DNA of 63,758 bases, counting the filler, from Octopus bimaculoides (taxonomy: Eukaryota): assembly GCF_001194135.2 (NCBI RefSeq). It is 9 parts of 9 records of this genome, joined end to end, with 100 filler letters (N's around TTAATTAATTAA, not from the genome) between each part and the next. Parts side by side here need not be neighbours in the genome. Positions count along the whole stretch, not along the records: positions 14,081 to 34,584 come from NC_069000.1; positions 34,685 to 38,398 come from NC_068993.1; positions 38,499 to 42,068 come from NW_026314929.1; 6 more parts are not named here. One strand, 5' to 3'. The translations under genes and the position numbers were made by a program. This document shows positions 26,461 through 38,499 of the stretch, piece by piece (the first letter of the stretch is position 1; the number at the start of each line of letters is the position of its first letter). The notes under the pieces are model-generated. The model saw only the letters and a list, made by a program, of their open reading frames with translations. It was not told the DNA's origin and ran no database searches.

Positions 26461-26625
26461 GGTGGCGAGCTGGCAGAATCGTTAGCACGCCGGGCGAAAA
26501 GCTTTGCGGTATTTCGCCCGTAGCTACGTTTTGAGTTCAAATTCCACCTTTCATCTTTTCGGGGTCGATAAATTAAGTACCAGACGGGTCGATGAAATTG
26601 ACTTATCTTCTCCCCCATAATCGTT
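26461..26625 (+). mobile_element. SINE A
   Basis: ggtggcgagctggcagaatcgttagcacgccgggcgaaa..gagttcaaattcc..ggggtcgataaattaagtacc. Confidence 0.85.
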
Positions 26626-26629
26626 GCCC

Positions 26630-27310
26630 TTCTGGTTCGAGGTAAACTCTACGGGCACGGATGTGCTGTCAGACGGACTTGTCCGAGGTGCACGCCCTCA
26701 TTCAGTGTCCGGGCATTGCTGACTTGTGGGGTTATGTTAAACAGCTGCTGTCACGTGTGGGACGGATCCGTCTGTCGGCCGAGTCTGTAGTGATGATCAC
26801 ACCGCTGCCCTCCTTCAATGGGGCAGAGAAGGCAGTTTTCCTTTACCTGGTGGCTGTGGTGAAAGAGGTTGTTTGGTGGACAAGGCTAAAAGGCACGAGG
26901 ACAGATACATTCCTCTTTGCTTAGAGCTCTCATTGACTTCTTCAAGTTTCATTTGAAAAGGAAATTGGGAGTGGAGAGGGAAGTGCTGTCCTCGAGTGAG
27001 TTTATTGAAAGGTGGGTGAAAGTTGCGAAAATGGCAAAAGTGGATGGTATCTCTCTAAGTGTAGACCTGTGAGTGGAGAGAAGGAATTAGAGAGGGCACT
27101 TGCTCTTGGGGTTTCAGGGAAATCTCGGACAGTGGGGTTCCTCGATTATCCTTAGAGGCCTTCCTGCATCATGAGAGCCACATCTCTATCATTCCCCCTG
27201 CCACTTATTTTTAAACCTTTGTATGTCATGCGTCTGTCCCTTCTTTTTCAGTCTACACCGTGTATACTTCTTTTCTTTATCCTTTCATTATCATACGTAA
27301 ACCCCCACAC
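26630..27310 (+). mobile_element. 5'-truncated L1/Tx1-clade LINE: C-terminal CCHC region and 3' UTR
   Basis: ORF 26661-26924 CCQTDLSEVHALIQCPGIADLWGYVKQLL..LVAVVKEVVWWTRLKG (C..H...C zinc-knuckle pattern), continuing after a frameshift as DFFKFHLKRKLGVEREVLSSSEFIERW; pyrimidine-rich 3' UTR follows. Confidence 0.7.
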
Positions 27311-28774
27311 TTCATGTCTGTCCCTGCATTGTCCCCTCATCCTCATAATAATCATTAAAGGCGGCGTGTTGGCAGAATTGTTACTGCGCCGGAGAAATTG
27401 CTTAGCGGCATCGTTGTCGCTGCTTCTGCTGTTGTTATTTTAGAGGTTACTGTTGTTGTTGTTGGTGATGTTATTGTCATTTTTATTATTATTATTCTTG
27501 TCAAAATTGTTGTTGCTGCAGTTTTATGTAATTTTCTTTTATCTTCAATCACTGGAAAATTAAGTTTTGCAGTGTATGTGTGTGTGTGTGTGTGTGTGCA
27601 TGCGCACGCGTGTGCTTATGAACTAGTATGTGTATACGCAAGGGAGAGTACGATTTTGTGTGCACATATATGTGTATATATGTGTGTGTTTGTATATGTG
27701 TGCATGCGTGTATGTGTGCGTGCTGGAAGCATGTATTGTGTTGTTTCTCCGTCGAGGATGGCCTTGTCCCGTGAAATAATAAACAACGTGGAACATTCCA
27801 GATGAATATTGATTAAATATAAAAGGAAAATGGCTGAACGCTTTCTTCGATTTTGTTTTTGTTTTTTGTGTGCGTGTATTGGGTGGGAGAGTAGTTTTTT
27901 TAATGTTCTTTTTAAGTTTCGTTTTGTTTTCATTTTGTTTGCTTCGTTCCGTTTTCTCCCCTGTATCCCATTTTATGAAATGAAAATTAAATTGAAAGGT
28001 GTATTATTTTAGGGAATATTTATGGCAAGTTGATTGATTTATCTCTGTTTTTTGTTCTCCTAAAGACCTGATGTTTGCTCTGCTTTTGTGCGTTGAGGGA
28101 GAGAGAGAGAGAGGGGGAGAATCAGACGAATAGAGATGTAGTGAGTGAAAGAGAGAGAGAGAGAGAGAGAGAGAGAATAGGGGGTACAGAGGAAGGTGTA
28201 GAGATAAGGAATAAAAGCCGAAGGAAACGAAGGAAATATGGCCGTTCAGAAAATATTTCCGTAATCTTTTTTCAGTAAAGTAGTTTATATTTTGTCTTTA
28301 CTTAAGAAAAGGTTTTGACTCATGGCGGGAAAAACTTGGAGTAAAAACGAGAAAAAGCTGATAAGTTTTTAATTTATACAGAAACTAGGCGTTACAGTCT
28401 TTCTACCAAGTTACAACAAAATTGTTACATGACGCCTTCAGTTGGTAGAAGGCTTTTGATGAATAGTGATGCTCTTGAAGAGGAAGATAAGCAGATTCTG
28501 ATGTGTTACTAACAAATATCGAAACTAGGTGAGACAATTCCGAAACCAAGCAACAACAGAAATGGATTACATGTCATCTTTACCTGATTGAGCGCCTTGA
28601 TCAAGAGAAATCTTGAGGAGAAAAGACGAGCTGAGTCAAATGAGACAGTAATTGACACCGAAACTAGGTGATACGGGCAGACATTAAAAATCACTGAAAG
28701 GGGGGGGGGAGTTTTAAGTATGAAGAATCTGGAAAGCAAAAATTGGGGAGAACATGAGGAGGAGGAGGAGGAGG

Positions 28775-28900
28775 AGGAAGCAAATGAAATCCAAAGTAAA
28801 TGGTCCGAATCTAGTGAAAGGTGTAAATATCTGGACAGTAGCGTTACGTAGATGTTCTGCAGCTTTTTGTAAATTGGACAAGATCTGTATTAGCAAATCT
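28775..28900 (+). mobile_element. Degenerate R4/Dong-like RT C-terminal fragment
   Basis: Translates KSKVNGPNLVKGVNIWTVALRRCSAAF, similar to the KSKLNG.N.IKAINTWAV.VLRYSA motif I recall for this clade. Confidence 0.5.
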
Positions 28901-28914
28901 AGACTGAAGAACTA

Positions 28915-29101
28915 GGAAGGAATTCAATCCGAATGGAGTGGGTAAATCGATTAGACCGACCCCAATGTTTAACTGGTGTTTCATCTGAAAGGATGAAAGG
29001 CAAAGTCAACTTGGGCGGAATTTGAACTCAAAACGTAAAGACAGACGAAATTCTGCTAAGCGCTTTGCCCGCTGTGCTAACCATTCTGCCAGCTCTCTGC
29101 C
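28915..29101 (-). mobile_element. SINE A
   Basis: Plus strand aaggatgaaaggcaaagtcaacttgggcggaatttgaactcaaaacg..ctaaccattctgccagctc is the reverse complement of the head. Confidence 0.8.
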
Positions 29102-29319
29102 TTAATAAAAGAAATGGAGAAACTTTCAAAATACAAAGACCTGGAAATAGAGGTAAACTCGAATGTGGAGCCTAAAAACAGAAACAATTTCTATCATAGA
29201 AGGCCCATTAGGTATGATAAAAAAAAATTTTTCAGAGAAATATACAACAAAAACACCAGGACTAACAAATAAATTTTACATTAAAAAAACAAAAAAAAAA
29301 AAAACAGCACGTGATAAAA

Positions 29320-29550
29320 ATTAGACTACTGAATGATAATAACAACAACTATAACAATAACAATAACAATAGTAATTGTAATTAATGCCAACAAGGACCA
29401 AGCAGCCTGAAAAACAACAACAACAACAACAATAGAATCGAACAACGGCAGTAACAAGGAGAATAGCAACAGCGACACAACAACAACAAAAATCATAAGA
29501 ACAACAACATTGACACATCAAAAAAAACAAAACCAATATCAACAACAATG
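29320..29550 (+). repeat. (AAC/AAT)n degenerate trinucleotide tract
   Basis: Directly visible. Confidence 0.85.
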
Positions 29551-29674
29551 GGTTAATCGGCTATGAATAATCCCTACATGGATTATCCATTGCACAAAAT
29601 ATTGTCTTGTATTTCTTATGGAAATATTCAGCTGTTGATGAGCCGTCAGGGCCTTAGTTGTCATAGATATTGGG

Positions 29675-29720
<46 letters not shown>

Positions 29721-29908
29721 GTGTGTGTGTGTGTGTGTGTGTGAGTGTGAGTGTGTTTGTGTGTGAGTGTGAGTGTGTTTGTGTGTGTGTGAGTGTGTGT
29801 GAGTGTGAGTGTGTTTGTGTGTGAGTGTGAGTGTGTGTTTGTGTGTGTGAGTGTGTTTATGTGTGTGCGTGTGTTTGTGTGTGAGTGTGTGTGCGTGTGT
29901 GTGTAAAC

Positions 29909-30195
29909 GCGTGGCTTAGTGGTTAGGGTGTCGAACACAAGATTGTGAGATTGTGATTTCGAAACCTAGACAGGGTGTTGCGTTGTGTTCTTGAGCAAAT
30001 CGCTTCCTTTTGCGTTGCTGTACGAACATTTTCTCACCTGACAGGTGGCACATCGTGTACCTGTACTGGTGTTGATTAGACGAAGCAAGTGGGTTTAAGT
30101 GAACACACACATTTGAACACTGGAAACAAATTACCCGTGAGGCTGTTAACCAATATATTGTAGAACCCTCATACGTCGTCTAACGACAGGAGAGT
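29909..30195 (+). mobile_element. SINE C, diverged (body variant 2-like)
   Basis: gcgtggcttagtggttagggtgtcg..gttgtgttcttgagcaaa..tagaaccctcatacgtcgtctaacgacagga, matching the ends of 21868-22178. Confidence 0.7.
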
Positions 30196-30679
30196 CCATG
30201 ACTGACACACACACACACACACACACACATACACACGTGTATATAAAATGAAGAAATAAACGATATAGGTAGCCACTTTATACAGCTCAACCAATTAGCG
30301 CTCTGATAGAGCTTCAGGAATATAAAATTAAGGAGAGAAAACAAATTCAAAGGTCGATGTATATATTCATTCAATCCATATTAACGACGTTCTGCATGGT
30401 AGACAAAGTACATACATAGATGCATTCATCTATAGGATATATAAAATTTCTAAGAATTTACAAATACATACATAAACACGAAAATTTATAAATCTAAAAA
30501 AATTCATAGATGTATAAAAAGTTATAAACACAAAAATTCATAAATATAAATATATAAAAATATAATTCAAAAAATTTACCTGCGAAGTCCGAATGTTCGA
30601 ATTTGAATCAATGAAGACGGTGGATAAAAAAGCGAGTGTAAGATAATCCATAAGGAGTCTTGAACATGTATAAAATCCT

Positions 30680-31440
30680 AAGGCCGTTTCGAAAGGATAT
30701 GGCGAGCTAACGCCAACAATAGCAAGTCTCTATATTCCTCTCATCAGAGTTAATAGATTCACAAAGTTAAAACTTTAAAAGATATGACAGGTCAGAAGAT
30801 TTTAAACGCCGAATGCTTAATCGTGCCATGCTCTTCAAGCTGATAATGTTAAAAAAAATTATTAAAATGCATTACGACGCTATATATAATATATTTTAGA
30901 AGAGTCCATAATATTAAGGGAGGCTAGATTAGGATTCTACTGCTTAATTATTTTTGGTGAAAAACGTTGAAAGGTATTTGTGTGCCTACAGGTAATTTCA
31001 TAACGTCAGGTATTTTATTAAGTAAGCTATTTTTGTTGGCTCGGGTTCTGTGGATCGCTTCCTTCCTGCATAAATCGTAATTCTTCGTGTGTGTATTATA
31101 TGGTGTGGCTTCCCTTACTATAGACCAATTCAGACTGAATTCTTTATGGTTCATTTTTAATTTATTGGTGTCGGTTGCTAGTGTGGTGGAATTTTTTATT
31201 TCGTGGTTAGTAAATGCGCCCTATATCTACTTTTAAAACCATTTGTACCACCTGTGTAAATCTTTTTGGGATCATTTAGGGTTGAGACTTCGACTTTATA
31301 TACGGTATTTCTCCTTAAACAGAAACCTTTAATGGGACAAAGTTCCCTATTACGACAATTATTTTAATTTTATTTCCGGGTTTAGTCTTACTATTTTTAA
31401 TATCCAAGTCCTTATTATTGTTCTTCGTGTTAGGATCAGC
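30680..31440 (-). mobile_element. Penelope-like element: decayed GIY-YIG endonuclease and 3' flank
   Basis: From 31360 leftward: NCRNRELCPIKGFCLRRNTVYKVEVSTLNDPKKIYTGGTNGFKSRYRAH (CxC..CP..G.C, VY..YxG, FK.RY..H), then ORF 30948-31154 FSLNWSIVREATPYNTHTKNYDLCRKE..LLNK. Upstream remnant QFGTKFLKHL in ORF 31843-32082 may extend it. Confidence 0.85.
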
Positions 31441-32940
31441 TAAGTTATCTCTATTGGTTTCGTCTGTGTGTGTGAGTGTGTGTATGCGTGTGTGTGAGTG
31501 TGTGTATGCGTGTGTGTCGATGCACGTAAGTGCCTTACTGGTGTGATAGGTATCTAGTTGTTGAAAGCCAAGTAACTCGTTGCCGTATATTAGGCGACTA
31601 TTAACATGATATTAGGCTTTCTTATATACATATATTTTAGCTGTATTCCCATAGCACTGAAAACAACTTGGTGGAAATTACAGACACCACATAAAATACA
31701 TATAACAATGTAAACAAATATGAAAATAAATTTATAAAAATTTCTTTGGAAGAATTTCTACAGATGAAATGGTAATGTTTTTAGAGACTAGTTTCTAAGA
31801 AAAATTCTAAGAACAATTATTGTGAACACCGCTGTGGTTAACCTAAGAGCGGACAAATATTTGAAGAACTAATGATTTGAAAATATAGAGATGTTTTAAG
31901 AATTTGGTTCCAAATTGGTGCTGTCTGGTCGTGTTTTTTTTTTTGGTAATATAAATATTACATATTGATTTGTTGTCTATGTCTTTAGCTAACTGGTTAT
32001 TGTTCATTAGTCTGCAAGAGGCAGTGTTTATTTGGATATTGCGAATCGTTGTAAAGTTTGTGCGATAGTTGCCATGTAACATAAAGGTTAACTATAGATC
32101 AGCTCATCGGGTTATTGGTTTATATATGTATATATGGATGTATATGTATAAATATACATACATGTATATATATATACTTATATATATGTATGTATATATA
32201 TAATATATAAACATATATATATATATAATATATAAACATATATATATANNNNNNNNNNNNNNNNNNNNNNNNNNNNNNNNNNNNNNNNNNNNNNNNNNNN
32301 NNNNNNNNNNNNNNNNNNNNNNNNNNNNNNNNNNNNNNNNNNNNNNNNNNNNNNNNNNNNNNNNNNNNNNNNNNNNNNNNNNNNNNNNNNNNNNNNNNNN
32401 NNNNNNNNNNNNNNNNNNNNNNNNNNNNNNNNNNNNNNNNNNNNNNNNNNNNNNNNNNNNNNNNNNNNNNNNNNNNNNNNNNNNNNNNNNNNNNNNNNNN
32501 NNNNNNNNNNNNNNNNNNNNNNNNNNNNNNNNNNNNNNNNNNNNNNNNNNNNNNNNNNNNNNNNNNNNNNNNNNNNNNNNNNNNNNNNNNNNNNNNNNNN
32601 NNNNNNNNNNNNNNNNNNNNNNNNNNNNNNNNNNNNNNNNNNNNNNNNNNNNNNNNNNNNNNNNNNNNNNNNNNNNNNNNNNNNNNNNNNNNNNNNNNNN
32701 NNNNNNNNNNNNNNNNNNNNNNNNNNNNNNNNNNNNNNNNNNNNNNNNNNNNNNNNNNNNNNNNNNNNNNNNNNNNNNNNNNNNNNNNNNNNNNNNNNNN
32801 NNNNNNNNNNNNNNNNNNNNNNNNNNNNNNNNNNNNNNNNNNNNNNNNNNNNNNNNNNNNNNNNNNNNNNNNNNNNNNNNNNNNNNNNNNNNNNNNNNNN
32901 NNNNNNNNNNNNNNNNNNNNNNNNNNNNNNNNNNNNNNNN

Positions 32941-32977
<37 letters not shown>

Positions 32978-32983
32978 GAGAGA

Positions 32984-33018
<35 letters not shown>

Positions 33019-33411
33019 GTAAAAACGTATGAATATCACATAAATAAGTTTTAATCAAGAAAAATCCTGGGCTTCTACGGGATCTCTGAGACTGTTGAAA
33101 GGGAGGTGAGGAGTAAGAAGTCTCTTGAGACTAGACTCAAAGATCGGCAACTGAGTGAACACTAATAAAAACACCGAAGAGCCAAACGACGATGCTAAAT
33201 TAGGCAGTGGATCACGTGTAGCACCACCAATGTAGGCAACGGTATGGCTTGCACCCACGCACCTATGAACAATGTATACGAATTGTGTGTGTCTGAAATA
33301 ATGCGCATGCGCACTTATATATGCCAACTTGCTTGAATATGCATAAATATATTTGCGCACACAAATAAACATACATGTATGTATATGTGTGTGTATGTAT
33401 ATATATGTATG

Positions 33412-33454
<43 letters not shown>

Positions 33455-33757
33455 ATGTTTGTGTGCATATATGTGTGTGTGTGTGTGCGTATGTGTGCGT
33501 GCGTGCATATAGATACTTATGTTCGTATATACAAACACACACACACACACACACACGCATACATCTCCACGCACAAACTCACAAAACCACACTTCCACTT
33601 AAATTCTGTGTGGGAGCATAAACACTCTCTCTCTGTCTCTCTCCCCTCCCTTACACACACACACACACACCCACACATACCTACGCAGACGCAAACATCA
33701 ACCTAATGATACACACCTACGTATCAAATACATAACTCTGCGCATATGAGTTTGCTT

Positions 33758-33798
<41 letters not shown>

Positions 33799-33810
33799 TT
33801 NNNNNNNNNN

Positions 33811-33859
<49 letters not shown>

Positions 33860-35147
33860 GTCGCGCGTAGATACGCACCAGTGCTTAAACAACGAATATA
33901 CAAAAGAAAATCGTAAATGCACAAATAAACATGCAAAAACCCATAAATTCAAACGTTCCGATGCTCAAAGGAGCAAATTACTCAAATGCTTATATACCCC
34001 AAATACGTTGATGCAGCAATATAAAGCGACTTGATTGTTTAATTGCGATATAAATGTATACAAAAAACAAAATATACATAAGAAATTTATAAATATTACG
34101 CAAACAATAAGAAAAAGTAAAAAAAATAATTGACAATTATGTAAAAATGGGTTGACAATTGGGGAAAAATTTATAAATGTTGGTTGAAATCCTAATATTT
34201 ACTATTTGAAAAATTTCAAACATTACAAATGTTACATAAACGTATAAATACATAACTAGTTTAGGCCTAATATTATTATCTTGTCTTTAAAAAAATTATG
34301 CTGTTCATTGCACAGATGGATGCATGATTATGTGTGTGTATGCATGCGCGTGCATGTGGGCGTGTGAGTGTGTGTGTGTCTGCATATTTGCTTATGAACC
34401 CCAGTCTAAATGTTTGCATTTGTGAGAGCGTTTGCGCGAGAGCATGCACATTTATGTGTGTATATCCCCCTACACATAATCTGCCTGGAGACGTGTGTAA
34501 GTATATGTTTGGATATGTGTATATGTAAAAGGGTATCTGTGTGTATGTTCTAGCTTATATAGAAGTAAGTAGGTGTATATATATNNNNNNNNNNNNNNNN
34601 NNNNNNNNNNNNNNNNNNNNNNNNNNNNTTAATTAATTAANNNNNNNNNNNNNNNNNNNNNNNNNNNNNNNNNNNNNNNNNNNNCTGTTTTACCCTAACC
34701 CTATCACCGATAGAATTGTTTCAGAATCGTTTGTTTATGTAGTCGGCACTTAATGTATATCGGCTGAATGGACGTTAGTGATTGGTTGAAATTACAGAAA
34801 TACGACAACTTTAACATGGAATAACTTAGGGATTTTTTTTTTTTTAAGAAGACTAAGAGAGAAAGATGTTTTATATGACACATTCTACCAGTGTTCCAAG
34901 TTTCAAAGTGTTTCGTTAATGAAAAGTGTGGCCCCCGTTTTAAAAAAGATCCCAATCAAGTATTACAAATTATTGATTCCTGGTAATAAATTCTAAACCA
35001 ATGGAAATCTATATTATACTATCTCTAGAAACTTTAGTAAATAAACAGAAATACAATTTCATTATTATTGGTAAATTATACACAAATATACCCTGCCTTT
35101 AAACCTAATATTATACTATAATACCCGATCATAGTGAAATGTATCAT

Positions 35148-35345
35148 TTATTTAAACCAGAAAAATATATGTCTAAGATAATGGCTACATCTGAAAGCAT
35201 TGTATGTTAGTTTATTTATTAACTTACCCTTAGAAAATAATATAAGCAAGCAATATCTCTTACCTTTGTCATAAGGGAAAGATTTCCCAATAATTGACCA
35301 TTGTAACGAATATTGCTTTTTGAAGGACACCTCTTGCATGCCAGT
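35148..35345 (-). mobile_element. Second Penelope-like GIY-YIG C-terminal fragment
   Basis: ORF 35148-35339 YSLQWSIIGKSFPYDKGKRYCLLILFSKGKLINK..RCSHYLRH parallels the WSI..PY..C..L.NK..CRH pattern of the 31 kb copy. Confidence 0.7.
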
Positions 35346-35477
35346 GACACTTGCTTACTAACATTTCCTGTTGTCAAAGCAAGTTTACCCTACAATTCCC
35401 CCATTTAAACTTATATTTACGTATACGTACATATATGCGTATAAATATACATACGTACATATATACATACAAATATA

Positions 35478-38325
35478 TATAATAATGGAAGTCTGTCGTT
35501 GTTCGACAATGACGTCAGTGACGCCGGAGGTAGGAGCGGAGCGCAAAGGCGGACGCGCAGATGCGACCACATGTTGGGCACGTAACAGCAGAAGTAGGGT
35601 TGGGGATCCTCTTTTTTCAGGCTTGTCGCTTCTGGTCCAAGGCCTTGAGGCGCTTTTCCTTGAACAGCCTAACACCCTTTTGGACAGCTGGACGCCAGGC
35701 GTCGCGGTCAGAGTCAATCGATTCCCAGCCACAGGCTGAAATGCCGCAGGCCTCAAGGGAGGTTTTCAGGCTGTCCTTGTATCGCCTCAGTGGTCTTCCA
35801 GGGTTTCTCGCTCAATAGCCAGCTCAGAGAAGTTCATCTTTGGTAGACGCGCGTCGTCCATTCGGACTACATGTCCGACCCACTGGAGCTGGGACTTCTT
35901 GATGAGAGCTACGATCCCGGGAATTTCGGCTCTGTGAAGCACTTCAGTGTTGGAGACTCTGTCCTCCCAGGATATTCCCATGATTCGTCGCAAGCAGCGG
36001 AGGTGCTATACAGCATCCACGTCCCACAGACGTATAGCAGAGAAGTGATGACGACTGCTCTATAGACAGCCAGCTTGGTGGAAAATCTGATGCCTCGTTC
36101 GGCCCACACACGTGACCAAAGTCCAAGCGGAGCTCTTGCTTTTGCAAGCCTCATGGAGACATCTTTGTCTATGCTGCAGTTTGAGGACAGGCAGCTTCCC
36201 AGTTATGTAAAGCTCTCCACGTTGTTCAGAGTTGCGCCCTCAATCTCAATCCGAGGCTCAGGAGGTGTCAGGCCAGGTGCAGGATGGAGCATCACTTCAG
36301 TTTTTCGCAGGCTAATGGTCAGTCCGAAGGCTTTTGCTGCTTCTGCGAGACAAGTGGCAAGTTCTTGCGGGTCTGGTTCATTCAATGCTGCAAGCGCACA
36401 ATCGTCTGCAAACAGGAAGTCTCCCACTAAGCCGTCCAGGACTTTGGTTTTTGCCTTCAGACGTCTGATGTTAAAGAATCGGCTGTCATATCTGTAGCGA
36501 ATAGTAACACCAGCATCAGACTTTGACAGGGCGCGAAAGAGGATGGTGGTAAACATGAGGCTGAAGAGTGTGGGAACCATCACGCAGCCTTGCTTCACGC
36601 CATTGGAGACCAGGAATGGATCAGAGACGTCTCCGTTTTCCACGATGCGAGCCATCATGTCATCATGAAATTACTGGATGATCCTGACAGGCTTTGGTGG
36701 GCAGCCTAGCTTGGACGAGATATCCTACAGGCCCTCTCGGCTGACAGTATCAAAAGCCCTCGTCAGGTCCACGAAGAGAATGTAGAGGTTCTGGTTTTGT
36801 TCTCGGCACTCTTCTTGTATCTGTCGTACTACAAAGACAATGTCTAATGTCCCCCTGTTTTTCCTAAATCCACACTGGCTCTCTGAGACCACGTCGTCTA
36901 GCAGGTGGTGTGTGGTGCGACTCAGAAAACACGGGCAATGATCTTTCCTGCGATGCTCAGCAATGAGATGCCTCTGTGACTATCACATGAAGCTGTGTTC
37001 CCCTTGTTCTTGTACAGATACACGATGTTGGCATCCTTGAAGTCCTGCGGCACTGACCATTGGTCCCAGAACTGCTGTATCAGCTCAGTCAACTTGATGG
37101 CAACAACTTCGCCTCCTTCTTTGAAGATCTCTGGGAGTATTCCGCCACGACCAGATGTTTTCCCCACATGTAGTTGCTTGATGGCCTTCTGGATTTCTGA
37201 GTGCTGTGGCATTTTTTAGATGGCCTGCTGGTCAATCTGGGAAGGTCTGTTTAGCAGTTGACTGAAGTGTTCTCTCCAGCGTTGTATGATGTCGCTCTTC
37301 TCAGTAAGCAGGGCTCCATCGGTAGAGTGCACAGTTGCCATTGCATTTAGCGTGGGGCCATACACGTCTTTCAGGCCGGCAAAGAACTTTTTAGAGTTGT
37401 GCTGGTCTGCATACTGCTGTAGTCCTGCAGCCTTGTTTTCCCACCACTTGTCGTTCATCTGTTGCAGCTCAGTTTACACCTTTCCTCTGATGTTCTTGAG
37501 GTGATCGTGCTTGGCTTGGGAGTCTTTGTCGTTGAGCCAGGCTGTGAAGGCTTCTTTCTTCTGGAGGAGGGTGGTGATCTCCTTATTGTTTTCAAACCAG
37601 TCTTGGTGTTTCCGCTTGGTGTGGCCAAGGGTAAGGCTGGCAGGGTCATACACTGCATCACGGAAGTTGGCCCAGGCCTTCTCAAGGTTTCCCTCTGCTG
37701 GCAGATGTTCAAGCTGGTTCGCAAGGTTGGCAATGAGGGTCTCTTTTGTTTTTGGTTCATTGAGTTTCTAGACGTCCAGTTTCTGTTTAACATCAGCTTT
37801 CTGGCATCTGTGTCTGCTGACGATGGAAAAGGACAGCCTGCACCTCAACAGCAGATGATCTGTCCAGCAGTCAGTTCCCCTCATTGCCCTAGTGATGCGA
37901 ACATCCTGGATGTCACGGCGCCTGGTGATCACCAGGTGCCAATGCGTTGACCTTGGGTGCATTCAGGNNNNNNNNNNGGTGCCAATGCGTTGACCTTGGG
38001 TGCATTCAGGTAGCCTTGTGGATGTCAGGCAGTTGGTACAGGGTATTGGTGATGGTGAGTCTCTGTTCAACGCAGAAGGTGTGTAGCAGTTGACCGTTGA
38101 TATTCTCATGTCCGAAGACATCTGGCCGAGACTGGGCATCTCTGCCTATACGGGCATTGAAGTCCCCGAGTATCAGCAGCTTGTCGTCTTTAGGAACTGA
38201 CTGTAGCACTTTGGTGAGTGTCAAGTACATCTTGCCTTGGAGAGGAATTCTCATCACCATCAGGTGTTCGCTGATTCTTCTTGGAAGGGACCACAGGTTC
38301 TTGACGAGTTGCTCCTACACCTGAC
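35478..38325 (-). mobile_element. RTE-clade LINE, 5'-truncated, frameshifted (APE endonuclease + reverse transcriptase)
   Basis: Collinear fragments: DKLLILGDFNARIGRD and DCWTDHLL (APE); KNKGNTASCDSHRGISLLSIAGKI, GVKQGCVMVPTLF, FLFADDCAL (RT); ISWEDRVSNTEVL, QLQWVGHVVRM (C-terminus); short 3' UTR ending attattat. Confidence 0.95.
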
Positions 38326-38365
38326 TACGTCTTTAGTTTTCTGCAAATTTGAACTATATATACAT

Positions 38366-38398
<33 letters not shown>

Positions 38399-38499
38399 NN
38401 NNNNNNNNNNNNNNNNNNNNNNNNNNNNNNNNNNNNNNNNNNTTAATTAATTAANNNNNNNNNNNNNNNNNNNNNNNNNNNNNNNNNNNNNNNNNNNNA

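Noticed and set aside
34685-34705. taccctaaccctat telomere-like motif
   Set aside because: Only about two units at a gap edge; not a telomeric array.
35371-37950. Plus-strand ORFs overlapping the RTE element
   Set aside because: Antisense shadows of a GC-rich LINE ORF2.
37938-38007. Direct repeat ggtgccaatgcgttgaccttgggtgcattcagg on both sides of a 10-N gap
   Set aside because: Contig-overlap artefact; removing one copy restores the RTE reading (ATWMHPRSTHWHL).
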